64,000 nt of DNA from NCBI GenBank assembly GCA_031428675.1, contig JANOYC010000052.1, positions 7,690-71,689 of the forward strand, written 5' to 3'. Both the position numbers and the translations under genes were made by a program. Below the pieces are notes generated by a model. The model was not told where the DNA came from. It worked only from the letters and a program-made list of their open reading frames with translations, and searched no databases. Below, in pieces: positions 32,297 to 42,171 of the stretch (positions are counted from its first letter, which is position 1; each line of letters opens with the position of its first letter). The DNA comes from Microbacteriaceae bacterium (lineage in GTDB: Bacteria > Actinomycetota > Actinomycetes > Actinomycetales > Microbacteriaceae).

Positions 32297-33538
32297 TCAC
32301 TCGCAGTACGTGGCATTCTCCTGGCTTTCCCGGCACCACGCGCGCAATTTCGAGACCGCGGTCTCGTGTTCGGCGACCGTCTCCGAAAACACGGTCTCGC
32401 CGGTCTTCAAGTTGACAGTGACGAAGAAGAACCAGTCGCCTTCGACGGGATTCAGCGCAGCATCGATGGCCAACTGACCCGGTAGGCCGATCGGTCCGAT
32501 CGGCAGCCCGGGGTTCGCGTAGGTGTTGTAGGGATTCGCCGCATCCGCTCTCTCTGCGTCGGTCGTGAATACCGTCTGGAAGTTGCCTGTTCCGTAGGCC
32601 ACGGTGGCGTCGGATTCAAGCTTCCAGCCGTCGGTCTGCAGACGGTTGGTGAACACCCGTGCGATCTTGTAGAAGTCGTCTCTGACCGGCCCGGCTTCCC
32701 GTTGCACGATCGAGGCGAGGGTGAGCACGCGGAAACGATCCTCCGGCGCCACGCCGGCGGCATCCAGGCGGCCGAGCATCTCGTTGACCATGAGCTGCAG
32801 CACGTCGCGCGCCGAGACACCCGGGTCGATCGGATAGGTGGCGGGAAAAAGGTAGCCCTCGAGGCTGGGGGCCTCGGCGGGAACGCCGAGGGCGGCATGG
32901 TCCGCGGCGACGGCCTCGAGTTCTTCCAATGGAATACCGGTCGCAGAACTGAGCAGTTCGAGGGCCCCGGGCATGGTCGTGCCCTCGGGTATGGTCACCC
33001 GGTTGGTGATCTTGTTCGCCGGGTCGAGCAACGCATCGAGAGCTGCCCGGGCGCTCATTTCGGACTTCAGCGAGAAGTTACCCGGCACGAACTCGACTTG
33101 AGGGTCTTGGGCGAGCAGGAGTCGGTAGAACGCGTCGAATGACTTGGTGACGCCGGCTTCGGCCAGTTTGCTGGCGACGTCGCCGCCGATATCTCCCGAT
33201 TCGATGACGACCACGACTTCGCCGCTGCCTGCACCCACGAAATCGTCGGTCTCCGTCCAGCCGAGCACTCGTCTGATCTGAGGCTCGAAAGTGAACCACA
33301 CGGCAGTTGCCGCGCCTCCAGCCAGAATGACCGCAAGGATGCCGACCCAGATCCACATCCGACGACGCGCGTGGCGGGGTAGCGCCGGTTCCACCTCGCG
33401 TTTCGATTCGCGGATCTCGCGACGGCTGCGGGCGGGAGCGTCGCTGCGCACGTCAGTGGTGCCGGTGTCGCGAGCCGAGGAGTCGGATGCGCCGGGTTGC
33501 GAGGTGAAGATGTCATCCCAGTCGGGCTCGTCTGCCAC
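32297..33538 (-). CDS. mltG: endolytic murein transglycosylase MltG (YceG family)
   Basis: 413 aa: disordered N-terminus, one TM helix, YceG domain (ASIVQREA, PGLPIGPIGLPG). Confidence 0.88.
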   Translation of the reverse strand: MADEPDWDDIFTSQPGASDSSARDTGTTDVRSDAPARSRREIRESKREVEPALPRHARRRMWIWVGILAVILAGGAATAVWFTFEPQIRRVLGWTETDDFVGAGSGEVVVVIESGDIGGDVASKLAEAGVTKSFDAFYRLLLAQDPQVEFVPGNFSLKSEMSARAALDALLDPANKITNRVTIPEGTTMPGALELLSSATGIPLEELEAVAADHAALGVPAEAPSLEGYLFPATYPIDPGVSARDVLQLMVNEMLGRLDAAGVAPEDRFRVLTLASIVQREAGPVRDDFYKIARVFTNRLQTDGWKLESDATVAYGTGNFQTVFTTDAERADAANPYNTYANPGLPIGPIGLPGQLAIDAALNPVEGDWFFFVTVNLKTGETVFSETVAEHETAVSKLRAWCRESQENATYCE

Positions 33539-33541
33539 GAA

Positions 33542-34003
33542 TCAATGCCCTTCTTCTGGTTCCACGACCTCGCCGGGAGCGATCCCGCGAGATCGCTCGG
33601 CGTCGAGAGCGTGCTGAAGGATTATAACGGCGGCGACCTGATCGATCACCGGACGAGACGTGCGGGTCGTCCGCCCCGACGCCCGCAAATGCGAATGCGC
33701 TGTCACCGTGCTCAACCGTTCGTCGACGAGACGCACCGGATTCGGGGAGATAACGGCGAGCATCCGGGCAAACTCCCGTGCGTCTGACGTCGACTTCGTC
33801 TCGGTGCCTGCGAGAGACAACGGCAGCCCGACGACGAACTCGATGGACCCGAGCTCAATACCGATCTCGACGACACGCGCTACGGCGTGCGCATCCCGCA
33901 CGACCGTCTCGACGGGCGTTGCCAGCATGCCGAGCGCATCACAGCGGGCGACGCCGACGCGCGCGGTGCCGACGTCGACGCCGACGCGAACTCCGGGGCG
34001 CAC
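33542..34003 (-). CDS. ruvX: Holliday junction resolvase-like / pre-16S rRNA nuclease RuvX (YqgF)
   Basis: 153 aa with VGVDVGTARVGVARCD. Sits between alaS and mltG as in other bacteria. Confidence 0.9.
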   Translation of the reverse strand: MRPGVRVGVDVGTARVGVARCDALGMLATPVETVVRDAHAVARVVEIGIELGSIEFVVGLPLSLAGTETKSTSDAREFARMLAVISPNPVRLVDERLSTVTAHSHLRASGRTTRTSRPVIDQVAAVIILQHALDAERSRGIAPGEVVEPEEGH

Positions 34004-34005
34004 CG

Positions 34006-36663
34006 TTAGCCGGAGACGCTCGCGCGAATCGCGTCGAGTGCGCTCGATATGGCGCTGGCGTCGGAGCCGCCGCCTTGGGCGAGGTCATCTTTGCCGCCAC
34101 CGCCACCGCCGAGCACACTGGCCGCGGTGCGCGCAAGCACCCCTGCCTTGAGACCTCTATCTCTCGCTCCGGCGGATGTCGCCACGATCACGGCCGGTTT
34201 GCCGGCGATCTCTGCGGCGAGAGCCACGAGGGACGCGCCACCGCCGAGGCGTTCGCGCACCGAGGTTACGAGCAAGCGCAGGTCATCCGATGACGGGAGG
34301 GCACCGACATTGTCGATGACCATGCTGAGGCCGTCGCGGGATTGCACCGATGCCACCAGGGCAGGCACACGATCGACGAGCTTGCTCGCCTCATAGTGGG
34401 CGATCTTCTTCTCGGCCGCCTTGAGGTTCGCCATGATTTCGGCGATTCGGTCGGGCAGTTGCTCGCGCGGAGTCTTCAGGGTGTTGGTCAATTGAGACAC
34501 GATGGCGCGTTCCGTGGCGAAGTCCCGAAATGCGTCGATGCCCACAAGCGACTCGACACGGCGGTTGCTGGAGCCGACCGACGATTCGCTGATCAGGCTG
34601 ATCAGTCCGATCTCGGATGACCGGCCGACGTGGGTGCCCGCGCACAGTTCGAGAGACCACGGGCCTCCGATATCGACAACGCGCACAGTCTGGCCGTATT
34701 TCTCGCCGAACAATGCCATCGCACCGAGGGACTTTGCTTCGTCGAGCGCCATGATTCGGGTGTTGACCTCGAGATTGTCCCTGACAGCAAGGTTCGAGAT
34801 GTCTTCGATCTCGCTGCGGGTCTCTGCCGACAGGGCTGTGTTCCAGCTGAAGTCGAGGCGCATGTAACCGGCCTTGTTGTATGAACCTGACTGGTGCGCC
34901 TGCGGGCCGAGAGTCTGGCGCAAGGCCGCGTGGATGATGTGGGTGGCGGTGTGCGCTTGAGCGGCGCCGTGACGCCACACCGGGTCGACGATCGAGGTCG
35001 CGACGTCGCCTACGCCGACTTCTCCGGTACTGACCTGCACTTTGTGGCTGACGAGCCCCTTCACCGGGCGTTGCACGTCGAGCACGTCGAGTTCGAATCC
35101 GCGCCCGACGATCGTACCGGCGTCGGCTTCCTGGCCACCGGATTCGGGGTACAGCGCTGTCTCGGCGAGGATCACCTCGGCGATGTCGCCGACAGATGCC
35201 TTGGTCACCGATTCGCCACCGACAATGAGTCCGAGCACGGTCGACTCGGTGCTGAGCAGCTCGTAGCCGGTGAATACCGTCTCGCCGAGCGAGCGGAACT
35301 CGCCGTAGACAGAGAGATCGGCGAGGTGGCTTTTCTTCGATTTCGCGTCGGCCTTCGCCATCGAACGCTGCTGCGCCATGAGTGAATCGAACGCGCCGCG
35401 ATCCACGGTGAGCCCGGCTTCCTCGGCCATTTCGAGCGTCAGGTCGATGGGGAATCCGAAGGTGTCGTGCAGGAGGAAGGCAGTGTCGCCGGGAAGCGCC
35501 GCGGCGCCGGTCTTCTGAGTCTTCGCGACGGCCAGATCGAGAATGCTGGTGCCACTCGCGAGGGTCTTCAAGAATGACTGCTCTTCGGCGTCGGCGAGAT
35601 TCGCAATGCGGGTGTAATCGGTGGCGACTTCGGGGTACGCGGCTTTCATCGCGTCCCGCGATGCGGCGAACAGTTCTCCGAAGGTGGGGTCTTCCACGCC
35701 GAGCAGGCGCATCGCCCGGATGCTGCGGCGCATCAGCCGGCGAAGGATGTATCCACGCCCGTCGTTTCCCGGTGTCACCCCGTCTGACATGAGCATGAGC
35801 GACGACCGCACGTGGTCGGCGATCACGCGCATGCGCACGTCGTCTTCGTGGTTTGCCCCGTACCGGCGACCCGAGAGTTCGGCGGCGCGGTCGAGAACCG
35901 GGCGAACCTGGTCGATCTCATACATGTTCTCGACGCCCTGTTTGAGGAAAGCGACGCGCTCCATGCCCATGCCGGTGTCGATGTTCTTCTTGGGCAGCTC
36001 TCCGAGGATCGTGAACTCGGTTTTGCTGCGCACGTCATCGATCAAATACTGCATGAAGACGAGGTTCCAGATCTCGATGAACCGGGTGTCGTCTACTGCC
36101 GGTCCCCCGTCGCGGCCATAGGCGGGGCCGCGGTCGAAGTAGATCTCCGAACACGGGCCCGCGGGTCCTGGTTGGCCGGTCGACCAGTAGTTGTCTTCCT
36201 TGCCGAGGCGTTGGATGCGCGCGTCGGGCAACCCTGCGGTCTTCTTCCAGAAGTCGATGGCCTCATCATCGTCCTGATAGACGGTTACCCACAGGTCTTC
36301 TTCGTCAAAGCCCAGGCCGCCCGCACTCTCCTGTGTGGTGAGCAACTCCCAGGCGTAGGCAATCGCCTGCTCTTTGAAGTAGTCGCCGAACGAGAAGTTG
36401 CCGTTCATCTGGAAGAACGTGCCGTGCCGAGTGGTTCGACCGACCTCTTCGATGTCGTTCGTGCGGATGCACTTCTGCACGCTGGTCGCCCGCGGGTAGG
36501 GCGGCGGCACAAGTCCGGTGAGGTACGGGATGAAGGGAACCATCCCGGCGACCGTGAACAGCAACGACGGGTCGTCGCTGACGAGCGATGCGGACGGGAC
36601 GACAGTGTGGCCGCGCTCTCCAAAAAACGTCAGCCAGCGGTTGTGAATGTCTGCGGTCTGCAT
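34006..36663 (-). CDS. alaS: alanine-tRNA ligase
   Basis: 885 aa, FFGERGHTVVPSASL, class II core, editing domain with HTATHIIHAAL, C-terminal DHHA1-like domain. Confidence 0.98.
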   Translation of the reverse strand: MQTADIHNRWLTFFGERGHTVVPSASLVSDDPSLLFTVAGMVPFIPYLTGLVPPPYPRATSVQKCIRTNDIEEVGRTTRHGTFFQMNGNFSFGDYFKEQAIAYAWELLTTQESAGGLGFDEEDLWVTVYQDDDEAIDFWKKTAGLPDARIQRLGKEDNYWSTGQPGPAGPCSEIYFDRGPAYGRDGGPAVDDTRFIEIWNLVFMQYLIDDVRSKTEFTILGELPKKNIDTGMGMERVAFLKQGVENMYEIDQVRPVLDRAAELSGRRYGANHEDDVRMRVIADHVRSSLMLMSDGVTPGNDGRGYILRRLMRRSIRAMRLLGVEDPTFGELFAASRDAMKAAYPEVATDYTRIANLADAEEQSFLKTLASGTSILDLAVAKTQKTGAAALPGDTAFLLHDTFGFPIDLTLEMAEEAGLTVDRGAFDSLMAQQRSMAKADAKSKKSHLADLSVYGEFRSLGETVFTGYELLSTESTVLGLIVGGESVTKASVGDIAEVILAETALYPESGGQEADAGTIVGRGFELDVLDVQRPVKGLVSHKVQVSTGEVGVGDVATSIVDPVWRHGAAQAHTATHIIHAALRQTLGPQAHQSGSYNKAGYMRLDFSWNTALSAETRSEIEDISNLAVRDNLEVNTRIMALDEAKSLGAMALFGEKYGQTVRVVDIGGPWSLELCAGTHVGRSSEIGLISLISESSVGSSNRRVESLVGIDAFRDFATERAIVSQLTNTLKTPREQLPDRIAEIMANLKAAEKKIAHYEASKLVDRVPALVASVQSRDGLSMVIDNVGALPSSDDLRLLVTSVRERLGGGASLVALAAEIAGKPAVIVATSAGARDRGLKAGVLARTAASVLGGGGGGKDDLAQGGGSDASAISSALDAIRASVSG

Positions 36664-36733
36664 GAACTCTCGGTGTTCTCGTGTGCACGACCGTTCCCGA
36701 CCGCGTGGGGCGGTCCGGAACAGGCCGGGCGTG

Positions 36734-36961
36734 CTACTTGAGGCGCTTGGTCAGGTCGGCGATGGCTTCTTCGGCTTCGGCGACGGCCGCGCGGAGCTCG
36801 ACTTCGCGCGCCTTGTAGCCCTCGACGACGGCGTTGCCGAATTCGTGGGCTTTGTGGTCGACCTCATCGAAGAACTGCTTTCCCTGCGGTGTGCGAGCTA
36901 CCTGGTGAGCGGCGATGAAGCCGACGCCGATGCCAACGATCAGGAAGAGGATCTTCTTCAT
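36734..36961 (-). CDS. small membrane-anchored hypothetical protein
   Basis: 75 aa: MKKILFLIVGIGVGFIAAH (TM helix) followed by a charged helix. The ATG at 36961 is preceded by GAAGGAG; ORF-track start 37072 is over-extended. Confidence 0.6.
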   Translation of the reverse strand: MKKILFLIVGIGVGFIAAHQVARTPQGKQFFDEVDHKAHEFGNAVVEGYKAREVELRAAVAEAEEAIADLTKRLK

Positions 36962-37072
36962 GGGGTGCTCCTTCGGTCCGAGGTGGGTGACGTAGATCCC
37001 CCAGCTTACTTCTTCAGTGCTGCCGATTCCGCCGCTCTGGCGTGGTGTGCGCTTAGTCGGTGGCACGCACAA

Positions 37073-37114
37073 CTGCCCGCGTCGATCGGAGAATTATCCG
37101 AACGACGCGGGCAG
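37073..37114 (-). terminator. hairpin downstream of rpsD (12-bp perfect stem)
   Basis: ctgcccgcgtcg (37073-37084) pairs with cgacgcgggcag (37103-37114), 14 nt after the rpsD stop. Only a weak U-run (UUGUG) follows on the minus strand. Confidence 0.5.
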
Positions 37115-37127
37115 CTGGATGTGTGGC

Positions 37128-37757
37128 TTAGCGGGCCGCGTAGTACTCGACGACGAGCTGGACTTCACAGGTCACGGGAATTTCGGCGCGCTTCGGGCGG
37201 CGAACGAGTCGTGCCTGCAGCTTGTCGAGTTCGACCTCGAGGTATCCCGGAACCTTCGGCAGAACCTCGGCGTGGCCGCCGGCAGCGGCGACTTGGAAGG
37301 GCTCCATCGCTTCGCTGTTCGCGTGCACGTGGATGAGCTGGCCCGGCTTGACGCGGAACGACGGGCGGTCGACGCGCTGGCCGTCAACGAGGATGTGGCG
37401 GTGCACGACGAGCTGGCGGGCCTGCGCGGTGGTGCGCGCGAAGCCGGCGCGAAGGACGAGAGCATCGAGACGCATCTCGAGGAGCTCGACAAGGTTCTCA
37501 CCGGTCAGGCCCTGCGAACGACGCGCTTCCTGGAACGCGATCTTCAACTGTGCTTCGCGAATGCCGTACTGGGCGCGCAGACGCTGCTTCTCGCGCAGAC
37601 GAACGGCGTAGTCGCTGTCCTGCTTGCGCTTGGTGCGTCCGTGCTCTCCCGGTGCGTACGGACGCTTCTCGAGGTACTTGGCGGCCTTCGGCGTGAGGGC
37701 GATGCCCAGCGCGCGGGAGAGGCGGGTCTTGCTGCGGGTGCGTGACTTGGTAGACAC
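37128..37757 (-). CDS. rpsD: 30S ribosomal protein S4
   Basis: 209 aa, VSTKSRTRSKTRLSRALGIALTPKA..., S4 domain. The GTG at 37757 is preceded by AAAGGAAC. Confidence 0.93.
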   Translation of the reverse strand: MSTKSRTRSKTRLSRALGIALTPKAAKYLEKRPYAPGEHGRTKRKQDSDYAVRLREKQRLRAQYGIREAQLKIAFQEARRSQGLTGENLVELLEMRLDALVLRAGFARTTAQARQLVVHRHILVDGQRVDRPSFRVKPGQLIHVHANSEAMEPFQVAAAGGHAEVLPKVPGYLEVELDKLQARLVRRPKRAEIPVTCEVQLVVEYYAAR

Positions 37758-37988
37758 GGGTTCCTTTTCTGTTAGTCGGTGAGATGGAATCGCAGGCCCT
37801 CGCGTGCACTCATGCACGCGCAACGGTAATCAGCACGAAGCTGGACTGCGCAAGTGAGAGGGGTTGTGCCACGGACGACGGTCGGCTACAGACCACCCAT
37901 CCTTGACGAGCCGATCGCAGCAGCCGCGCGCGAAAGGCCCGAATCAGGCAGCAGCAAGAGTACCACGACCATCGTCGGTTGCGGTGGC

Positions 37989-39341
37989 TCATCGCCCTCG
38001 AATGATGCGAAGAAGTTTTGCCCATCGCGCCGAGATCTCGCGTTCGTGACCGCGTTCGGTGGGCTCGTAATAGCGCACGCCGGCCAATTCGTCGGGCAAA
38101 TACTGTTGCGCCACGACACCGAGTTCAGAATCGTGACTGTAGAGGTAGCCCTTGCCGTGGCCCAGTCGCTTCGCTCCCGGGTAATGCGCATCGCGCAGAT
38201 GCGTGGGCACTCGGCCGATTCGACCAGCGCGCACGTCCGCTATCGCCTTGTCGATCGCCAGGTACGAGGCGTTGGATTTCGGCGCGGTCGCGAGATACGT
38301 TACCGCTTCGGCAAGCGGGATGCGCCCCTCCGGCATTCCAATGAATTGCACGGCATCCGCTGCCGCCACCGCAATCACGAGGGCTTGGGGATCGGCCATC
38401 CCGATGTCTTCTGCTGCGCTGACGATGATGCGCCTCGCGATGAAACGGGGGTCCTCCCCCGCCTCGATCATGCGGGCAAGGTAGTGCAGCGCAGCATCCG
38501 CGTCGGAACCGCGCACGCTCTTGATGAAGGCGCTGATGACGTCGTAGTGCTCATCGCCCTGCCGGTCGTAGCGAAGCAGTGCACGGTCGACAGCGTTGGC
38601 CACCACATCCGCGGTGACGATCGGGCGGGCATCCAGAAGCGTCGGATTATCCTCACGCGATGAGACCGACTGGGCCGCGGCTTCGAGCGCGGTCAGTGCT
38701 CGGCGGGCGTCTCCGGAGGAGAGCCGAATGAGCGCGGCTCGGGCATCTGGTTGCAATTCGATCGATCCTCGGAGGCCTCGTTCATCCTGCACCGCCCGGT
38801 CGATGAGAATCCCGAGATCGTCGTCGCTCAATTGTTCAAGTGTCAGCAGCAGCGATCGGGACAGCAGCGGTGAAATGACCGAGAACGACGGGTTCTCTGT
38901 CGTGGCTGCGATCAGCACAATCCACCCGTTCTCCACGCCGGGAAGGAGCGCGTCTTGCTGCGCTTTGGTGAACCGGTGGATCTCGTCGAGGAACAATACC
39001 GTGGTCACCCCGTAGAGATCGCGTTGCGACAACGCTGTTTCCATCACCTGCCGCACGTCGCGCACCCCGGCGGTTACCGCGGACAGTTCGACAAAGTGGC
39101 GTCCAGAACTCCGTGCGATGGCTTGGGCGAGCGTGGTTTTTCCTGTTCCCGGCGGGCCCCACAGAATCACCGATGCGGCGCCCTGCGCTTTCGACGCCGG
39201 TGACGCGAGTGTCACGAGCGGTGATCCTGGTCGGAGCAGATGCTGCTGACCGGCGACCTCATCGAGGGACGTCGGCCGCATACGCACAGCGAGCGGGGTT
39301 GCCCCGGAATGCAGTCCGGGCTGGCTCGTCATAGTTGCCAT
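37989..39341 (-). CDS. rarA: replication-associated recombination protein A (MgsA/RarA AAA+ ATPase)
   Basis: Walker A GPPGTGKTTLA, LFLDEIHRF and MgsA C-terminal domain. ATG at 39341; exact start uncertain. Confidence 0.92.
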   Translation of the reverse strand: MATMTSQPGLHSGATPLAVRMRPTSLDEVAGQQHLLRPGSPLVTLASPASKAQGAASVILWGPPGTGKTTLAQAIARSSGRHFVELSAVTAGVRDVRQVMETALSQRDLYGVTTVLFLDEIHRFTKAQQDALLPGVENGWIVLIAATTENPSFSVISPLLSRSLLLTLEQLSDDDLGILIDRAVQDERGLRGSIELQPDARAALIRLSSGDARRALTALEAAAQSVSSREDNPTLLDARPIVTADVVANAVDRALLRYDRQGDEHYDVISAFIKSVRGSDADAALHYLARMIEAGEDPRFIARRIIVSAAEDIGMADPQALVIAVAAADAVQFIGMPEGRIPLAEAVTYLATAPKSNASYLAIDKAIADVRAGRIGRVPTHLRDAHYPGAKRLGHGKGYLYSHDSELGVVAQQYLPDELAGVRYYEPTERGHEREISARWAKLLRIIRGR

Positions 39342-39403
39342 GCTAACGAGAGGGATCGATATAGGGTTCTGGGGGGCATATCCCACCAGCAACTGGAGGA
39401 CAC

Positions 39404-40198
39404 GTGGCACGGGCGAAATCCGACGAACGCGAGGCACGCGAAGCTCGTGATCGACTTCGTCGCTACAACGCCCGCCAAACGGTGCACGCGCTCCAAAAGA
39501 AGCGCCGCATCAGGGACAACATCGTCGCACTGCTCGGCGTACTAGTCGTCGCCGCCATCGCAACTTCCGCACAAGTGTTCTACTTCACCGGTGGGCCCGG
39601 CACTCCGGAACCCGTCCCCTCCGCTTCGCCGACGTCCACGCCGGACGCCGGCGGAACCAACGTCGGTGACGTGCCACCGGCCAGTGCCTCCGAGTTCCGC
39701 GAGTGGACCGGCACCATGACCGTGAACGACATCGAACTGGGCATCAGCCTCGATGGGATGAACGCGCCGCAGGCCGTTGCCGCCTTCGTCACTGGCGCGA
39801 GTGCCGGCTACTTCGACGGCAAGACCTGTCATCGTCTCGTTCGCAGCGCCAGCGCTGGCCTTCTGCAGTGCGGATCCCTCGACGGAACTGGTGCCACCGA
39901 CACATCCTTCGCATTCGGGCCCTTGGAGAACACCCCGAGCGATGGCATGTATCCCGCCGGGACGCTCGCCATGGCGCGCGTCGGTGGAGACGGCTTCAGC
40001 CAGGGTCGTCAGTTCTTCATCGTGTTCGAAGATGCGGCGCTTCCGGATGACGCGGCCGGCGGCTACACCGTGTTCGGCACGGTCACGAGCGGTCTAGACC
40101 GGCTGGTCGCCGAGATTGCGGACGCCGGAATCGCTGGCGGCGCAGAAGATGGTGCCCCGGTCGTTCCGGCCACGATTGGCTCGATCGCGCTTCAGTAG
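39404..40198 (+). CDS. membrane-anchored cyclophilin-type peptidyl-prolyl isomerase
   Basis: 264 aa. GTG preceded by GGAGGA. Basic N-terminus, TM helix, Pro/Thr linker, cyclophilin core (FHRLV-like CHRLV, GTLAMAR, QFFIVF, TVFG). Confidence 0.85.
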   Translation: MARAKSDEREAREARDRLRRYNARQTVHALQKKRRIRDNIVALLGVLVVAAIATSAQVFYFTGGPGTPEPVPSASPTSTPDAGGTNVGDVPPASASEFREWTGTMTVNDIELGISLDGMNAPQAVAAFVTGASAGYFDGKTCHRLVRSASAGLLQCGSLDGTGATDTSFAFGPLENTPSDGMYPAGTLAMARVGGDGFSQGRQFFIVFEDAALPDDAAGGYTVFGTVTSGLDRLVAEIADAGIAGGAEDGAPVVPATIGSIALQ

Positions 40199-40280
40199 GA
40201 GCAACGCTTTCCACCGCTTGCAATTAGGCTGGTGAGCGGTCAACTCTGAGGCACGTATTTCCGCGCGCCCCGACAGCAAG

Positions 40281-41522
40281 GTGAGTGAAGTGGCAACGAA
40301 CGATCAGGCCCCGTGGGGCCGCGTCGACGAAACCGGAACCGTATTCGTGCGCGAGGCAGATAGCGAGCGCGAAGTCGGCCAGTACCCCGACGGCACGGCC
40401 GAGGAGGCCCTCGCCTACTTCGAGCGCAAATACACCGAACTCGCCGGTCACGTGACGCTTCTCGAGCAGCGCGCAAAGCGGGGGGCCCCGGCGGCCGACA
40501 TCGCCAAAGCTGTCTCGTCTCTCGCTGCGACGATCGCGACAGCGAATGCGGTGGGCGATCTTCAGTCGCTCGCAACACGACTCGCGGCTCTCGGCGGCAC
40601 TGTATCCGAGCTGACGGAGAAACAGTCGGAGGAGTCGAAGGCCGCTGTCGACGAGGCAATCGCCGAGCGCACAGCTCTCGTCGTCGAAGCGGAGACTCTC
40701 GCTGCGCAAGATCCGGCGAAAGCGCAGTGGAAACAGGTCACCGCGACCATCGACGATATCTTCCAGCGCTGGCAGAAGCACCAACAAGACGGTCCCCGCT
40801 TGCCCAAGGCCGAAGGTAACGAGCTGTGGAAGCGATTCCGAGCCGCCCGCGCCACGATTGACGGTCACCGCAAGGCATTCTTCGCCGAATTGGATAGCAC
40901 GCATCGTGATGCCCGCTCCCGCAAACAAGATCTGGTGGCGAAGGCGGAGGCTCTCGCGCCTCAGGGCGCAGACGGAGTCGCCGCATACCGCGCGATGCTC
41001 GACGACTGGAAGAAGGCCGGTCGGGCGGGCAAAAAGTTCGATGACGCGCTGTGGGCCAAGTTCAAGGCCGCGGGCGATGCCCTGTTCTCAGCCAAGGCCC
41101 ACGTCGACGAGATCGAAAACGAGGAATTTGAAGCGAACTTGACACAGAAGCTCGGTCTTCTCGAAGAGGCAGAACCTCTGCTCACCGCGAGCGACCGTTC
41201 CATTGCCCGCGAGAAGCTGTTGTCGATCCAGCGGCGCTGGGACGCGATCGGCAAAGTGCCTCGCGATAAGGTTCGCATCATCGAAGACCGCCTGCGCAAA
41301 ATTGAGAACGCGGTGCGCAAGCTCGACGACGATCACTGGCAAAAGACCGACCCTGAGAAGAAGGCGCGCACCGAAGGATTCGGAAGCCAGTTGGCGGATG
41401 CGATCGCCAAGCTAGAGGCGGAACTCGCCGCGGCCAAGGCGTCGGGCGACAAGGGCAAAATCCAGCGTGCGCAAGAGGCGCTCGATGCCCGAAAGGCGTG
41501 GCTGAAGGCCCTCGGCCAGTAG
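40281..41522 (+). CDS. DUF349 domain-containing protein
   Basis: 413 aa, highly charged helical repeats of the type (K)WK..G....E.LW.RF..A....F, typical of actinobacterial DUF349 proteins. Confidence 0.8.
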   Translation: MSEVATNDQAPWGRVDETGTVFVREADSEREVGQYPDGTAEEALAYFERKYTELAGHVTLLEQRAKRGAPAADIAKAVSSLAATIATANAVGDLQSLATRLAALGGTVSELTEKQSEESKAAVDEAIAERTALVVEAETLAAQDPAKAQWKQVTATIDDIFQRWQKHQQDGPRLPKAEGNELWKRFRAARATIDGHRKAFFAELDSTHRDARSRKQDLVAKAEALAPQGADGVAAYRAMLDDWKKAGRAGKKFDDALWAKFKAAGDALFSAKAHVDEIENEEFEANLTQKLGLLEEAEPLLTASDRSIAREKLLSIQRRWDAIGKVPRDKVRIIEDRLRKIENAVRKLDDDHWQKTDPEKKARTEGFGSQLADAIAKLEAELAAAKASGDKGKIQRAQEALDARKAWLKALGQ

Positions 41523-41619
41523 CAGCCGCCGAAGCGGGCGCGATTTTCCACAAGCCGCAACCTCCCACACATGTCTGTCCGCCCGCACGCGCGGGCGCGC
41601 GCAGCGGGATGATCGGAGC

Positions 41620-42171
41620 ATGGTCGCTCTTCCGCCGGTTGTCTGTCCACCCCTGCTCCCATCGGTCGAGTTGCAGGCCGCGCGACTCGACGGCGAGGTG
41701 TACGGCATCGGGGCAGGGGCGAGCCCCATCGATGTGGTCGAGCGCGACGTGCATCGTGCTCTCGCGCTGATGCCCCTTGCGCGAGAGCGCATGATTGCCG
41801 AGCGACGCACGGCGGCGTGGGTGTGGGGCGCTCTCGATCGTCCCCCGCATCCGTGGGAATTCTGTGTCGGGGCGGCCGAGCGCACCAGCCGCCCAGCCGA
41901 TTCATCGGTGCGCATTCGCGAGGTGGTACTTGATCGACAGGATTGGTGGGTTGTCGGTGGAGTGCGGGTCATGACGCCGCTGCGCACGCTGATCGAACTC
42001 GCTCGCGTGCCTGACACGTGGACGACCGACGACGGAGAACTGCTCCGCCGTTTGTCTACGATCTCTGCCGTGACGGCCGAGGATTGCGGTCGTTCTCTCG
42101 ACGCCGCACGCAAACTCCCGCACAAGCGGCGGGCCTGGTTCCGCATTGCGGCAGAACTCAGCCGGAACTAA
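41620..42171 (+). CDS. hypothetical protein (possible AbiEi-like antitoxin-type fold, stand-alone)
   Basis: 183 aa with protein-like composition, whereas the overlapping minus ORF is Arg/Ser-rich shadow. Segments RRTAAWVWGA and VMTPLRTLIELAR resemble AbiEi-type N-terminal domains; this is a weak assignment from memory only. Confidence 0.45.
   Translation: MVALPPVVCPPLLPSVELQAARLDGEVYGIGAGASPIDVVERDVHRALALMPLARERMIAERRTAAWVWGALDRPPHPWEFCVGAAERTSRPADSSVRIREVVLDRQDWWVVGGVRVMTPLRTLIELARVPDTWTTDDGELLRRLSTISAVTAEDCGRSLDAARKLPHKRRAWFRIAAELSRN

Noticed and set aside
41412-42146. 244-aa minus ORF opposite the 41620-42171 hypothetical
   Set aside because: Extreme Arg/Ser/Thr bias typical of a shadow frame, whereas the plus-strand frame has balanced composition.
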